From Alphaproteobacteria bacterium (GTDB lineage: Bacteria; Pseudomonadota; Alphaproteobacteria; SP197), in the NCBI GenBank assembly GCA_964291265.2, contig OZ219747.1, positions 928,001 through 992,000 on the forward strand: a stretch of 64,000 nucleotides of DNA, in the 5' to 3' direction. The position numbers and the translations under genes were made by a program. Below, in pieces: positions 39,262 through 49,320 of this stretch (positions within the stretch are counted from its first letter, which is position 1; every line of letters starts with the position of its first letter). The notes under the pieces were generated by a model. That model was not told the origin of the DNA. It worked only from the letters and a program-made list of their open reading frames with translations, and searched no databases.

Positions 39262-40385
39262 CAAGCACACTCGATGCCGGTGGCTTTGGTGTCCGTGCCG
39301 AGGATTCCACCACGCTGCCCTCGAGCTGGTACCGGGATCCAGACATCTGGCGCCTCGAGCACGCGGCGATCTTCTACCGTAGCTGGTGGTACCTGGGGCA
39401 TGTCAGCGACCTGCCCCGGTGCGGCGATTATCTCACCGGCAGGATCGTCGATCAGAACGTCGTTGTCATCAGGGGCCACGACGAGGTGTTGCGCGCCTTT
39501 CACAACGTATGCAGTCACCGCGCCCATCCGTTGCTCGAGGGCTGCGGCAACACGGTCTTCATCACCTGCCCCTACCATCAGTGGACCTACGGCACCGACG
39601 GCCGCTTTCGAAACGGCCGGGGATGCGCGCTCCTGGAGGACTGGACAGCGGAGAACGCCGACCTCAAGCCCGTGCGCCTCGAGGACTACGGCGGCTTCCT
39701 TTTCGTCAATCTCGACACTGAAGCGATCCCGCTCGTCAACCAGGCGGGGCGCTTTCTCGAAGACATGCACCGCGCCTGTCCGCGGTTGCCGGACCTGGTG
39801 CGCGCCTGTCGCTGGGAAGTCGACGTGGCAGCGAACTGGAAGACGGTGATCGACAACAACCACGAATGCTATCACTGCGATGCCAATCACCGTTCACTGA
39901 TGGAACTCGTCGACTATGATGGCCAGGCCGTGTGGTCCGATGACGGCATCACCTTCAGCCACAGGATCGCCGCCAGGGACCTCGACAACAGCGCCTACCG
40001 CCTCGATGCGGCGGATGTCGAACAGCAGGAAGCCCTGTTTGGCTACATCTGGCCCACGGCCATCCCCCTCATGTATCCCGGAAGCCCCCACCTGGCGATG
40101 TTCCAGGTTCTGCCCACCGGCCCCGAAACCGCCCGCGAGCGCTGGGATTTCTACTTCACGTCCCGGGAACCCTCCGACCTCGAGATGCGGTTCATGGACT
40201 ACATTCGCGTCGTGCTGGTGGAAGAGGATGTCCGGCTCTGCGAAAATGTCCAGCAGGGTCTGCACTCGCTTGGCTATCATCAGGGGCGGTTCGTCGTGGA
40301 CCGGGATCATCCCGAGTACAGTGAACACCACGTGCACTTCTTCCAGTCCAAGGTGCTCGACTCGCTGAAGTCCGTCACGGGGTGA
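39258..40385 (+). CDS. Rieske oxygenase alpha subunit (choline/carnitine/betaine monooxygenase-like)
   Basis: CSH...CPYH Rieske motif; NWK..DN..ECYHC...H; ED..CE.VQ.G. Confidence 0.88.
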   Translation: MTSTLDAGGFGVRAEDSTTLPSSWYRDPDIWRLEHAAIFYRSWWYLGHVSDLPRCGDYLTGRIVDQNVVVIRGHDEVLRAFHNVCSHRAHPLLEGCGNTVFITCPYHQWTYGTDGRFRNGRGCALLEDWTAENADLKPVRLEDYGGFLFVNLDTEAIPLVNQAGRFLEDMHRACPRLPDLVRACRWEVDVAANWKTVIDNNHECYHCDANHRSLMELVDYDGQAVWSDDGITFSHRIAARDLDNSAYRLDAADVEQQEALFGYIWPTAIPLMYPGSPHLAMFQVLPTGPETARERWDFYFTSREPSDLEMRFMDYIRVVLVEEDVRLCENVQQGLHSLGYHQGRFVVDRDHPEYSEHHVHFFQSKVLDSLKSVTG

Positions 40386-41283
40386 CCGGGACGAGACGGC
40401 CGAGGACGAATCCGGCAAGGACCAGGAGGCCGATCCGGTTGTTGGCGACGAAGCCCCTGTGGCACGAGGCCGGGTCGTCGAGATCGACGGTGACGAGCTG
40501 CCTTGCCAGATCGGCGGCGGCCATGGCGAGGAGCACCAGGAAGGGCCACCCGGTCCCTGCCAGACAACCGGTCACGGCCACCCCGACAACGAAGACGGCA
40601 TAGAAGAGACCGGTGAGGGGCTTCGTGTTCTCGCCGAAGGCAAGGGCTGTCGACTTCACGCCGACCTCGATGTCATCCGCCTTGTCCTGGTGGGCATAGA
40701 TCGTGTCGTAACCGATCGTCCATGCGACGGCGGCCAGGTAGAGCACAAGGGGCTCCGGCGACAGGGCGCCTCTCACCGCGACCCAGCCCACCAGGGCCCC
40801 CCAGCCGAAGGCGAGACCCAGAAAGAGCTGCGGCCAGTATGTGATGCGTTTCATGAACGGATAGATGACCACGAGGCCAAGGGAGGCGATGCCCGTGATG
40901 ATCGTTGCCTGGTTGAACTGGAGGAGCACGACCAGGCCCGCCGCAAGCAGGAGGCCAAGGAACACGAGGGCGCCCGGCAGCGTGATGGCGCCGCTGGCCA
41001 ACGGTCGATCGCGGGTCCGTTCCACCCTGGCGTCGATGCGCCGGTCGGCGATGTCGTTGACGATGCAGCCGGCGGATCGCATCACCACGGCCCCGGCGGC
41101 GAAGAGGCCGAGGAGAGTCCAGTCCGGCCATCCCGGCGACGCCATGGCAACCGCCCACCAGCAGGGCCACGCCAGGAGCCAGAAACCGGCAGGCCTGTCG
41201 ACGCGCGCCAGGCGCAACCATGGTTGCCATGATGCGGGTGCCCGCGTGTAGACCCACTTCCAGGAGAACGGACGCCGGTTCAT
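40375..41283 (-). CDS. ubiA: 4-hydroxybenzoate polyprenyltransferase
   Basis: RVDRPAG, MRSAGCIVNDIADRRID, ERTRDRPLASG, YDTIYAHQD. Confidence 0.95.
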   Translation of the reverse strand: MNRRPFSWKWVYTRAPASWQPWLRLARVDRPAGFWLLAWPCWWAVAMASPGWPDWTLLGLFAAGAVVMRSAGCIVNDIADRRIDARVERTRDRPLASGAITLPGALVFLGLLLAAGLVVLLQFNQATIITGIASLGLVVIYPFMKRITYWPQLFLGLAFGWGALVGWVAVRGALSPEPLVLYLAAVAWTIGYDTIYAHQDKADDIEVGVKSTALAFGENTKPLTGLFYAVFVVGVAVTGCLAGTGWPFLVLLAMAAADLARQLVTVDLDDPASCHRGFVANNRIGLLVLAGFVLGRLVPVTP

Positions 41284-41407
41284 TCAGGCAACTCCCGGGA
41301 TGGCGCACGGCAGTGCCCTGCCTTCGACATTGTCCGCCCACCGGCCTTCTTTGCAAGGGCCCTGAACGCGGGATATCGTGTGCGCCGCCCGGGGAGCTCT
41401 GTCGACC

Positions 41408-42769
41408 GTGTCCATACCTTCCGCACAGAACACCACGCAGGTCACGTCCCGCAGTCAGCTCGTCGAGCATCTGGAATCGGGATGCAAGCCGCCCGAGGAG
41501 TGGCGGGTCGGCACCGAACACGAGAAATTCGCCTACGACGCCGCCACCCGCGCGCCGCTGTCCTACGATGCTCCCAATGGTATCCGCGTCATCCTCGAGG
41601 AGCTGCAGCGCTTCGGCTGGCAGCCGCTCATGGAGGAAGACCGCGTCATCGGGCTGAAGAAGGACAGGCAGCACGTTTCCCTGGAACCGGGCGGACAGGT
41701 GGAACTCTCCGGCGCGCCCCTGAAGACACTCCATGAAGCCTGTCGCGAGGTGAATGCCCACCTGGACCAGTGCCAGGAGATCGCCGAGGAACTCGGCATC
41801 GTCTTCCTCGGCCTGGGGCTGAGGCCTCTCGACCGCCGACAGGACGTGCCATGGATGCCCAAGGGGCGCTACCGGATCATGCGGGAGTACATGCAGAAGG
41901 TCGGGACCATGGGCCTCGACATGATGATCGGCACTTGCACCATCCAGGCCAACCTGGATTTCGGCTCCGAGGCGGACATGGTGAAGAAGTTCAGGGTCGC
42001 CCAGGCGCTGCAGGCGGTGACCACCGCGCTCTTCGCCAACTCGCCCTTCAGCGAGGGCAGGCCGAACGGCTACCTGTCGATGCGCGCCCACATCTGGACC
42101 GACACCGACAATGACCGCAGCGGTCTGCTGAAGTTCGTCACCGAGGACGGGTTCGGATTCGAGCGCTACGTCGACTACGCTCTCGATGTGCCGATGTACT
42201 TCGTGCTGCGCGACGGACGCTACATCGACGCCTCGGGCCAGTCGTTCCGTGATTTCATGGAGGGCCGCCTGCCCGCCCTGCCGGGCGAGATCCCGACGCT
42301 CTCCGACTGGGAAGACCACCTGACCACGCTGTTCCCCGACGTCAGGATCAAGCGATATATGGAAGTGCGCGGCGCCGACGGCGCCAGCTGGCGACGCATC
42401 TGTGCCCTGCCCGCCCTGTGGACCGGTCTGTTCTACGTGGAATCGCAACTCGACGCGGCCTGGGAGATGGTGCGGGACTGGACCTGGGAAGAACAGGTGC
42501 GGATGAAGGCGGATGTGCCGCGGCTCGGCCTGAAGGCGCCGTTCCGGTCGGGAACCGTCCAGGATGTCGCCCGCGAGATGCTGGAGATTTCCTGCGAGGG
42601 ACTCTACCGGAGGCGCTGCTACGACGGCAGCCTCGACGAGGTGCACTTTCTCGACTCGCTGATGGACATCGCGCTGTCGGGGAGGACCCCGGCAGACATC
42701 CTTCTGGATCGATGGGAGAACGCCTGGGGAAGCAGCGTCGACCCGGTGTTCAGCGAATTCTCGTTCTAG
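41408..42769 (+). CDS. gshA: Glutamate-cysteine ligase (alphaproteobacterial/plant type; start approximate)
   Basis: GTEHEKF, SLEPGGQVELSGAP, MPKGRY, QANLDF, EVRGAD. Confidence 0.93.
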   Translation: MSIPSAQNTTQVTSRSQLVEHLESGCKPPEEWRVGTEHEKFAYDAATRAPLSYDAPNGIRVILEELQRFGWQPLMEEDRVIGLKKDRQHVSLEPGGQVELSGAPLKTLHEACREVNAHLDQCQEIAEELGIVFLGLGLRPLDRRQDVPWMPKGRYRIMREYMQKVGTMGLDMMIGTCTIQANLDFGSEADMVKKFRVAQALQAVTTALFANSPFSEGRPNGYLSMRAHIWTDTDNDRSGLLKFVTEDGFGFERYVDYALDVPMYFVLRDGRYIDASGQSFRDFMEGRLPALPGEIPTLSDWEDHLTTLFPDVRIKRYMEVRGADGASWRRICALPALWTGLFYVESQLDAAWEMVRDWTWEEQVRMKADVPRLGLKAPFRSGTVQDVAREMLEISCEGLYRRRCYDGSLDEVHFLDSLMDIALSGRTPADILLDRWENAWGSSVDPVFSEFSF

Positions 42770-42773
42770 ACCC

Positions 42774-43188
42774 GTGCAGGAAGGGAGCGCTCCAGCCATA
42801 CCGAGACGATTCAATCCCGATGGTGTTTCGCCACCCCTGTCGAACTACAGCCACGGCGTCGTGGTCCCGGATGGCATGAAGCAGCTGCATGTCTCGGGGC
42901 AGATCGGAATCACGCCGGACGGCGCCGTTCCCGAGGATGTCGGTGAACAGGCTTGACTGGTGCTTCGCGAATGTCCTCGCGATCCTCGCGGCGGAAGGCA
43001 TGACGGCGGACGATCTCGTGTCGCTGACGACCTACGTTGTCGGCGAGGACAATCTCGCGGCGGTGCGCCAGGCGCGCGAGGCGGCTCTCGGAGAGGTGGC
43101 GCCGGCCTCGACACTGGTCTTCGTCCCGGCCCTTGCCAGTCCGGCGCTCAAGGTCGAGGTCCAGGCGGTCGCCGCCTCGGTGGTCTGA
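42774..43188 (+). pseudogene. RidA/YjgF-family protein with a frameshift at ~42950
   Basis: YSHG..VSGQIG in one frame; PASTLV..L..P.LKVEV in another. Confidence 0.75.
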
Positions 43189-43201
43189 CGGCGGGAGCGG
43201 T

Positions 43202-44629
43202 CTATCCGGCCTGTGTGCCGCCGACGGTCAGGCCTTCGATCAGCATGGTTGGCTGACCGACCCCGACCGGCACGCTCTGGCCGTTCTTGCCGCATGTCCC
43301 CACGCCCGGGTCGAGCTGCATGTCGTTGCCGACCGCCTTGACGTGCTTGAGGGCGGACGGTCCGTCGCCGATCAGTGTCGCGCCCTTGACCGAGGGGCCC
43401 ACCTTGCCGTTCTCGATGAGGTAGGCCTCCGACGCGGTGAAGACAAAGGTGCCGTTGACGATGTCGACCTGCCCGCCGGAAAAGTTGACCGCATAGAGCC
43501 CGTTGGGAACCGACTCGATGATCTCTTCCGGGTCGCTGGCGCCCGACAGCATGCAGGTGTTGGTCATCCTCGGCATGGGCTGGTGGGCGTGGCTTTCGCG
43601 CCGTCCGTTGCCGGTTTTCGCCGTCCCCATCAGGTGGGCGTTCATGCGGTCCGTCATGTAGTTCTTCAGAATACCGTCCTCGATCAGCACCGTCCGTTCG
43701 CTGGGTGTGCCCTCGTCATCGATGGTGAGTGAGCCCCGTCTTCCGGCCATGGTTCCGTCGTCGATCACCGTGACTCCCGGGGCAGCCACCCGTTCGCCCA
43801 TGAGACCGGAGAATGCCGACGTCTTCTTGCGGTTGAAATCGCCCTCGAGGCCGTGTCCGACGGCCTCGTGCAGCATGACGGCCGGCCAGCCCGGACCGAG
43901 GACGACCGGCATCTCGCCGGCCGGGGCATCCACGGACTCGAGGTTGACAAGGGCGATGCGCAGGGCCTCGTCGGCATGGTTCTTCCACTGCTGGCGGCCG
44001 ATGAACTCGGCATAGGGCAGGCGGCCGCCGGTGCCATGGGAGCCCGCTTCCATGCGCTCGCCCGACTGCACGACGCAACTGATCCTGACCGAAACGAGGG
44101 GGCGGACATCCGTCACCATGCTGCCGTCGGCGCGCAGGATGGAGACCACCTGCCAGCTCGCCAGCAGGGCTGCCGTCACCTGGTGGACCCTTTCGTCCCT
44201 TGAGCGAAGCCAGGCGTCGATGTCCTCGAGCAACGCCACCTTGTCGGCGAAGGGCATCTCCGAGACGGGGTTGTCCTCGCCGTAGCGATGATGGTTGGTT
44301 CGTGCCGGCGCCAGGGCGATGTCGGCCTCGCGTCCATCGATCTGGCGCACGGTCCTGGCGGCGCGCTCGAGGGCGGCCTCGGAGAGTTCCGAGGTGTGGG
44401 CATAGGCGGTCACGTCGTCGACGATGCGCCGCAGTCCCATGCCCTGGACGACGTCGTAGCCGGCCTGCCTGAGGCGCCCGTCATCGAACACGAGGGTTTC
44501 GGACTGGCCGAACTCCATGAAGAGTTCACCGTCGTCGGCGCCCGTCAGGGCATCTCCCACGATACCGGTGACGCGTCCTTTCTCCATGCCGCTTCGCTGG
44601 AAGAAGAGGTCATCGGCTGACACGTTCAT
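43202..44629 (-). CDS. tldD: Metalloprotease TldD
   Basis: HEAVGHGLEGDFNRK, DDEGTP, TGNGRRES, PRMTNT, CGKNGQSVPVGVGQP. Confidence 0.95.
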   Translation of the reverse strand: MNVSADDLFFQRSGMEKGRVTGIVGDALTGADDGELFMEFGQSETLVFDDGRLRQAGYDVVQGMGLRRIVDDVTAYAHTSELSEAALERAARTVRQIDGREADIALAPARTNHHRYGEDNPVSEMPFADKVALLEDIDAWLRSRDERVHQVTAALLASWQVVSILRADGSMVTDVRPLVSVRISCVVQSGERMEAGSHGTGGRLPYAEFIGRQQWKNHADEALRIALVNLESVDAPAGEMPVVLGPGWPAVMLHEAVGHGLEGDFNRKKTSAFSGLMGERVAAPGVTVIDDGTMAGRRGSLTIDDEGTPSERTVLIEDGILKNYMTDRMNAHLMGTAKTGNGRRESHAHQPMPRMTNTCMLSGASDPEEIIESVPNGLYAVNFSGGQVDIVNGTFVFTASEAYLIENGKVGPSVKGATLIGDGPSALKHVKAVGNDMQLDPGVGTCGKNGQSVPVGVGQPTMLIEGLTVGGTQAG

Positions 44630-45234
44630 CCCTGGGGGTCTCCACCGGCAGACGTCACTTATAGCGGCTGCGCCCCGACTCCGCCAACCTTGTCGTCCGA
44701 GGGCCAAGCCAGGCCGTGAACCCGCGGCAACTGCCGTTCCCGGCCGACACCATTCGCCGCCGGGGACGCAACACCCGGCCGGCCGGTACGAAGGGGACGC
44801 CGCCCGGCACGCCGTGCTCCGAGGTGACCGGACAGCGGACCCTGTCGTCCGTCGCCCTCCGTGACCCGCTCCAGCGACATGTCCGGATCAACCCGGTCCG
44901 CTGCGGAAACGGAACCGCATCCCCCGGCCGAACCGGACCTCGCCTCGAAGCCGGCAGGCGCAATCGCCCCACCAAGGAACGCAAGGCGGCGGGACAGCTT
45001 GCGGTCTGCAGGGCCCCGGTAGCATCCCGGCAATCGAATCCAGGCAGCCCCGGGCGTGCGATCTCGGAACGCAGCCCGCTGCCTTCTGCTTCGAGCATGC
45101 GCGGACCGGTGCAGCCGGCTCGCGTTCACCGCGACCTGACGCGGGATTTCCTGAAGCCGTAAAACAGTGCATTGCGTGACGGCACGCACCGGGCTATGGT
45201 TCCACACAATTTCGTTGCAACGGTGAATTTGCAC

Positions 45235-45265
45235 TTGACTTCCCGCCCTGAATACGGCGTAAAAT
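45235..45265 (+). promoter_or_regulatory. Possible sigma70 promoter
   Basis: TTGACT-N19-TAAAAT directly before the heptamer repeat; spacer is longer than optimal. Confidence 0.35.
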
Positions 45266-45302
45266 TCGCGCCTCGCGCCTCGCGCCTCGCGCCTCGCGCC
45301 TC
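45266..45302 (+). repeat. Tandem heptamer (TCGCGCC)x5
   Basis: Five perfect units plus TC. Confidence 0.95.
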
Positions 45303-45656
45303 ATATATGTATCGGCCTCACGATGCGAGCGGGCAGCACGGCGCTTCCTGACTGAGATTCGGTTGCCGGCAGCGCTGGCGGCCTGTCCATCCCCCGACGC
45401 GTGCGGCCCGGGCGCCCGGGCGCGCCGTCATAGCCCGTGGCCTCACGCGCTCTCCCCGACTCGTTTTCCGCTGCAACATCCGTTCGACAAGGCTTGTCCC
45501 GATCCCGCCCGATTTCGGCGCCGTCCGCCTGGCTGCACGGCGCGTTCCGCGTTGGGGCAGGGACCTGATATCGCCGTCGGCCGCCGGGTCCGTGGCGCAC
45601 CTGGCTCCGCCAACATTCCCCTACCCTTACCGACTGTCTGGAAAACTGGAGACTCG

Positions 45657-46589
45657 ATGATGAATGCTGTCCCGCTCTTCAAGATCACCGCTGCCCTGCC
45701 GATTGCGGCCATGCTGGCGCTGTCCGGGTGCGGCGGCGGGGGAGGAAGCGCTTCCGGCGCGCCGAAATCACCCGGCGGCAACCCGACTCCGACGCTGGCT
45801 GAGATCCGAACACTGACCGATGCGGCGGCGCCGACGGAAACGGATGTGGCTCAGGCAGCCCGTTCTCCCGGCATTGTCTCGCGCGCCGACTCCCTGCTCA
45901 TTACCACGGTCCACGGAGAATCGTCCTTGAGCGAGCTTCCCATCTTCACTCTTCGGGCCTCGTGTTCGGGAACGGTCTGCACTTTGAGCGAACCGAGAAC
46001 CGGAGTTTCGGAGACGATCCGCCTGTCCGATCTTGAGTCAGTATCCGGCGGCAACCACCAGCCGGTTGGCACGAAGCACGGCGTGACACTTGTCCGCTCA
46101 TCTGGGCGACATGAGGGAACGGATTACTTCAGTCTCGGCGCATGGATGCAGCACAGCGCCTTTGGCGTGCAGATGGAGCGGGGCACTGTTGAGGGTGTCC
46201 GGGTGGATATCCGATACGGCATTGCCGGGGGCGATCTGACGGGATCGCAGCCAAGCGGCAGCGCGACATGGCGAGGTTTGATGACCGGCACGCCGGCAAC
46301 GGGTGCGGGCCGCGGCGACAGGCTCCAGGGCGATGCGAGTCTGATCTACGACATGGGATCCCGGATGCTCGATGCTGCGTTCACGAACATCCAGAACATC
46401 GACCGGCTCCGTGCGCACTCCGTTTCCTCTGTCCGCTTCACGGGCGTTCCTGTCAACGCGCGCGGCGCGTTTCAGGCCGGCCTGACGGGCAACCGCATTG
46501 AGGGAGGATTCTACGGTCCCGATCATGCCGAAGCGGCTGGAGTTTTCGAACAGCAGAACATCGTCGGAGCCTTCGGCGCTCGCCAGTAG
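45657..46589 (+). CDS. Surface lipoprotein with TbpB/HphA-like C-terminal beta-barrel
   Basis: Lipobox LSGC plus GGGGGS linker; ATWRG.M.G; IEGGFYGPDHAEAAGVF...GAFGA. Confidence 0.8.
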   Translation: MMNAVPLFKITAALPIAAMLALSGCGGGGGSASGAPKSPGGNPTPTLAEIRTLTDAAAPTETDVAQAARSPGIVSRADSLLITTVHGESSLSELPIFTLRASCSGTVCTLSEPRTGVSETIRLSDLESVSGGNHQPVGTKHGVTLVRSSGRHEGTDYFSLGAWMQHSAFGVQMERGTVEGVRVDIRYGIAGGDLTGSQPSGSATWRGLMTGTPATGAGRGDRLQGDASLIYDMGSRMLDAAFTNIQNIDRLRAHSVSSVRFTGVPVNARGAFQAGLTGNRIEGGFYGPDHAEAAGVFEQQNIVGAFGARQ

Positions 46590-46862
46590 GGAGCTGCAAT
46601 GCGCTTTCCAGCATTGATCGCGCCGCTGGCGTTGCTGCTTTCCGGCTGCTCGTCAACTGCCGAGGACCCACAACCGGTCTTGCTGCTCAACGCCCCGAGA
46701 ACCCGTTGTATTCCGGCATCGACATGATCGAAAGAACCACCAGGGGGCGGTCCATGTGGTGCAGGAAGCGCAGCCACATAGGCGCTCGGTTTCCGGAACC
46801 ACAGACTCTGGAAAACAGACTTCACATTTGGCCCACGTAGTCCAGGGGACACTGCCATCGCA

Positions 46863-47507
46863 ATGACTTCGCAAGAAATCTGCTCGACTGTCCATGAACT
46901 CTTGCGCCCGCTCCCGTTATTCGAGCGGCCAGAGCAAGTCCCGATCACCGATGGCCTTTGCTTCTTCTACGAACAGGGCGAGACCAGCCGACACGCGCCT
47001 GAGGGTCGAATCGTCCGGGTCGGCAATCACCCTCAATCCGCCGGAAACCTCGTGCCCCGCCTCCGGTACCATTACACACAATCCAAGAACAGCAGTGTCT
47101 TTCGCAGATATCTGGGCGGCGCGTTGATGCGAGCGGAGGATCCGCATCATCCGTGCCTCGCACCGGCGCCCGGAAAGGGGCACTGGGAGAAACAGAAGGG
47201 GAAGTGCTGTCATCTCTGCCAACCCGTTGAGCAGAGCGTATCTTGCCTGTTGAAGGCGCGTTTCCGGTTTCGCTGCGTCTCCATTGCCGACCGGACGAAA
47301 CGCAACCGCTTCGAGAAAGCCTTGATAGCAAGTCTTGCGGGCTGCCCTGTCTGCCGGCCGTCGCATGCGTGGTTGGGCCTCCACGCATACCCGGATGCGG
47401 TACGCTGCACCGGTATGTGGAACGTCCGTGGCGTGGGGTCCGAACCGATGTCGGGCACCGATCTTCGGCAGTTCGAGGCCGCCGCCGCTTCAACTCCGCG
47501 CGCGTGA
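46863..47507 (+). CDS. Hypothetical protein, possible GIY-YIG-like nuclease
   Basis: GLCFFYE...IVRVGNH...PRLRYH...SSVFR...E..LIA pattern. Confidence 0.5.
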   Translation: MTSQEICSTVHELLRPLPLFERPEQVPITDGLCFFYEQGETSRHAPEGRIVRVGNHPQSAGNLVPRLRYHYTQSKNSSVFRRYLGGALMRAEDPHHPCLAPAPGKGHWEKQKGKCCHLCQPVEQSVSCLLKARFRFRCVSIADRTKRNRFEKALIASLAGCPVCRPSHAWLGLHAYPDAVRCTGMWNVRGVGSEPMSGTDLRQFEAAAASTPRA

Positions 47508-47594
47508 CGAAAGCAATGCCGATGCACTGTCTTCGTTCCCTGCTGCAAGGGAAGACCGCTGCTGCAGGCGGGTGGTTCGGGTTGCGCAGCCCTG

Positions 47595-48707
47595 TCACGC
47601 GCTGGAGGAGGCGCCCAGGGACGTGGCATCCACGCCGAGGCCCAGGATCCAGGCTTCCTCGGTCTCGACAATCCGCCGCTCTTCGGGGGTGAGGAAGGAG
47701 GGACCCGCAAAGCAGGACGCCAGCCTGCCTTCGGCGTCCAGGACGGCAAGGTGCCCGGCGGTCACCCGCACCTGGGCGCAGTCGAGAATCTCGTCCTTGC
47801 CTCTCTGCGCGTTGATGTTGTCCTTGAGCAACGAGGGATAGACTTCTGCGAACACGGCCTGCGCCTGGGGCGTCCGCAAGCCGGTCTCCAGCGGCCAGAC
47901 CTTTGCGCGGCCCGCAATACCGGGAGCCGACTTCAACCGCTTGAGGGCAGGCAGCCCCATCAACACCTGGGAGCCGACGGCACCGGCACCCCATAACTGC
48001 CAGACCGTCTTGGCGCCTTTCGCGCAACGGTCAGTGATGCGGCGCTCCTTCGGATCGGGTTCCCGGCATGTGCGTTGCGTTTCCTTCGACGGAATCCCTG
48101 GGCAATTCCACCCGGGCGGATGACCCCAGCAGGGGCCGATGACACCCGAATACTCATCGTTGATCGCCGCCGCAACGCAGAAGCGGTTGTTCTTGTTGTC
48201 AGGCGCGTCCTTGATTCTCTCCGCGAGCCAGTCCCACAAGGTCAGGGCGCATGTCTTGCCAGTCAGATGCTCCGCGACACCCGCCGGATAGCCGAAGGGA
48301 AAGTCGAAACCCGCCAGCACCCGCCGGCCCTGGTCCATTTCGCAGGATATCAATCCGGCAAGCCCTTCGAGGGCTGCATGGCGTGTGCGGGCGTACCGGG
48401 GTTCCTCCATCCTGACACCGTCTTCGATACGGGCGACGGCCCACCAGATCCCGTCCTTGGTTGGTTTCTTCGGACCCGGTTCGGCCTTCGCTGACCAGTC
48501 GACGACAATATGGGTGTGGAAGAGGGGCGCGGTTCCCTGAGAGGCCGAGGCGGAGCGATTCGGCACGGCAGGTTTCAATTCGGTTCCGGCCTGCCGGGTC
48601 AGCACGAAACGCAGGTAGTCCTCCAGTGATTGCCGGTCTGCCTCAGCCTGTGCCTTCAATGCGGCAATCGCCCGATCGTCGAGGTTTCCGATGGTCACAG
48701 TCCCCAT
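47595..48707 (-). CDS. FitA-like RHH domain fused to a predicted RNase H-fold (DUF429-like) domain
   Basis: N-terminus TVTIGNLDD...LKAQA...SLE; then VVDWSA, GFDFPFGYP, GAVGSQ, EVYPS, DCAQV. Confidence 0.6.
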   Translation of the reverse strand: MGTVTIGNLDDRAIAALKAQAEADRQSLEDYLRFVLTRQAGTELKPAVPNRSASASQGTAPLFHTHIVVDWSAKAEPGPKKPTKDGIWWAVARIEDGVRMEEPRYARTRHAALEGLAGLISCEMDQGRRVLAGFDFPFGYPAGVAEHLTGKTCALTLWDWLAERIKDAPDNKNNRFCVAAAINDEYSGVIGPCWGHPPGWNCPGIPSKETQRTCREPDPKERRITDRCAKGAKTVWQLWGAGAVGSQVLMGLPALKRLKSAPGIAGRAKVWPLETGLRTPQAQAVFAEVYPSLLKDNINAQRGKDEILDCAQVRVTAGHLAVLDAEGRLASCFAGPSFLTPEERRIVETEEAWILGLGVDATSLGASSSA

Positions 48708-49158
48708 GATCTTCCCTTTCTTGCCGCTGTTCCGTTCCGGCATCCCGGCTGACACTCACCTGTTCTCCGACCACGCGCCCTTCAGCGTTACGCCGACAGC
48801 AGCTGGCCACCCTGCTGATTGAGCATGGCGCAAACGGTTCGTGCCGCCTCGCGGCATTTTCGGCCTGGTTGGGGACGGACTCGATGTTGAGGACCATGCC
48901 GATCATCTGTTGCGGGAATTTCCTGTGCGCAGCAACACTCGATTTGTCCATGACGTTGAGAGAAATCTTCGAGGAAACCCGCGCCGAAGAGGAGTTTCCT
49001 CTGGACGGTCCGCCGGGCGTGCCGGGAACGGTGGCGGCATCATTATGGGAACATCTATCCAGTACGGACATCTTGAAACGGTGAATTTTCATTTCAAATC
49101 AAAGGGCTGTATGCAAAAATGCCGGGTGAAGTTCCGCTTGGAATACGGCGTTGTTTGT

Positions 49159-49302
49159 TCGCCTGCGAAGGATGTGCGCAACTGGTTCGACGATCTTTCC
49201 ATCACGCGGGCGGGGTCGGTGAACCGGTCGCTGGCGGTGCTGTCGTCGATGATGAGGCACGGCGAGACGCTCGGGCTGCGGCGCGAGGACTCCAACCCGT
49301 GC
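49159..49302 (+). pseudogene. Tyrosine integrase internal fragment (second copy at 51020-51136)
   Basis: DVRNWFDDLS..GSVNRSLAVLSSMMRHGETLGLRREDSNPC aligns with the core-binding region of 23778-24905. Confidence 0.65.
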
Positions 49303-49320
49303 AATCTGCATGGGTCCCGC

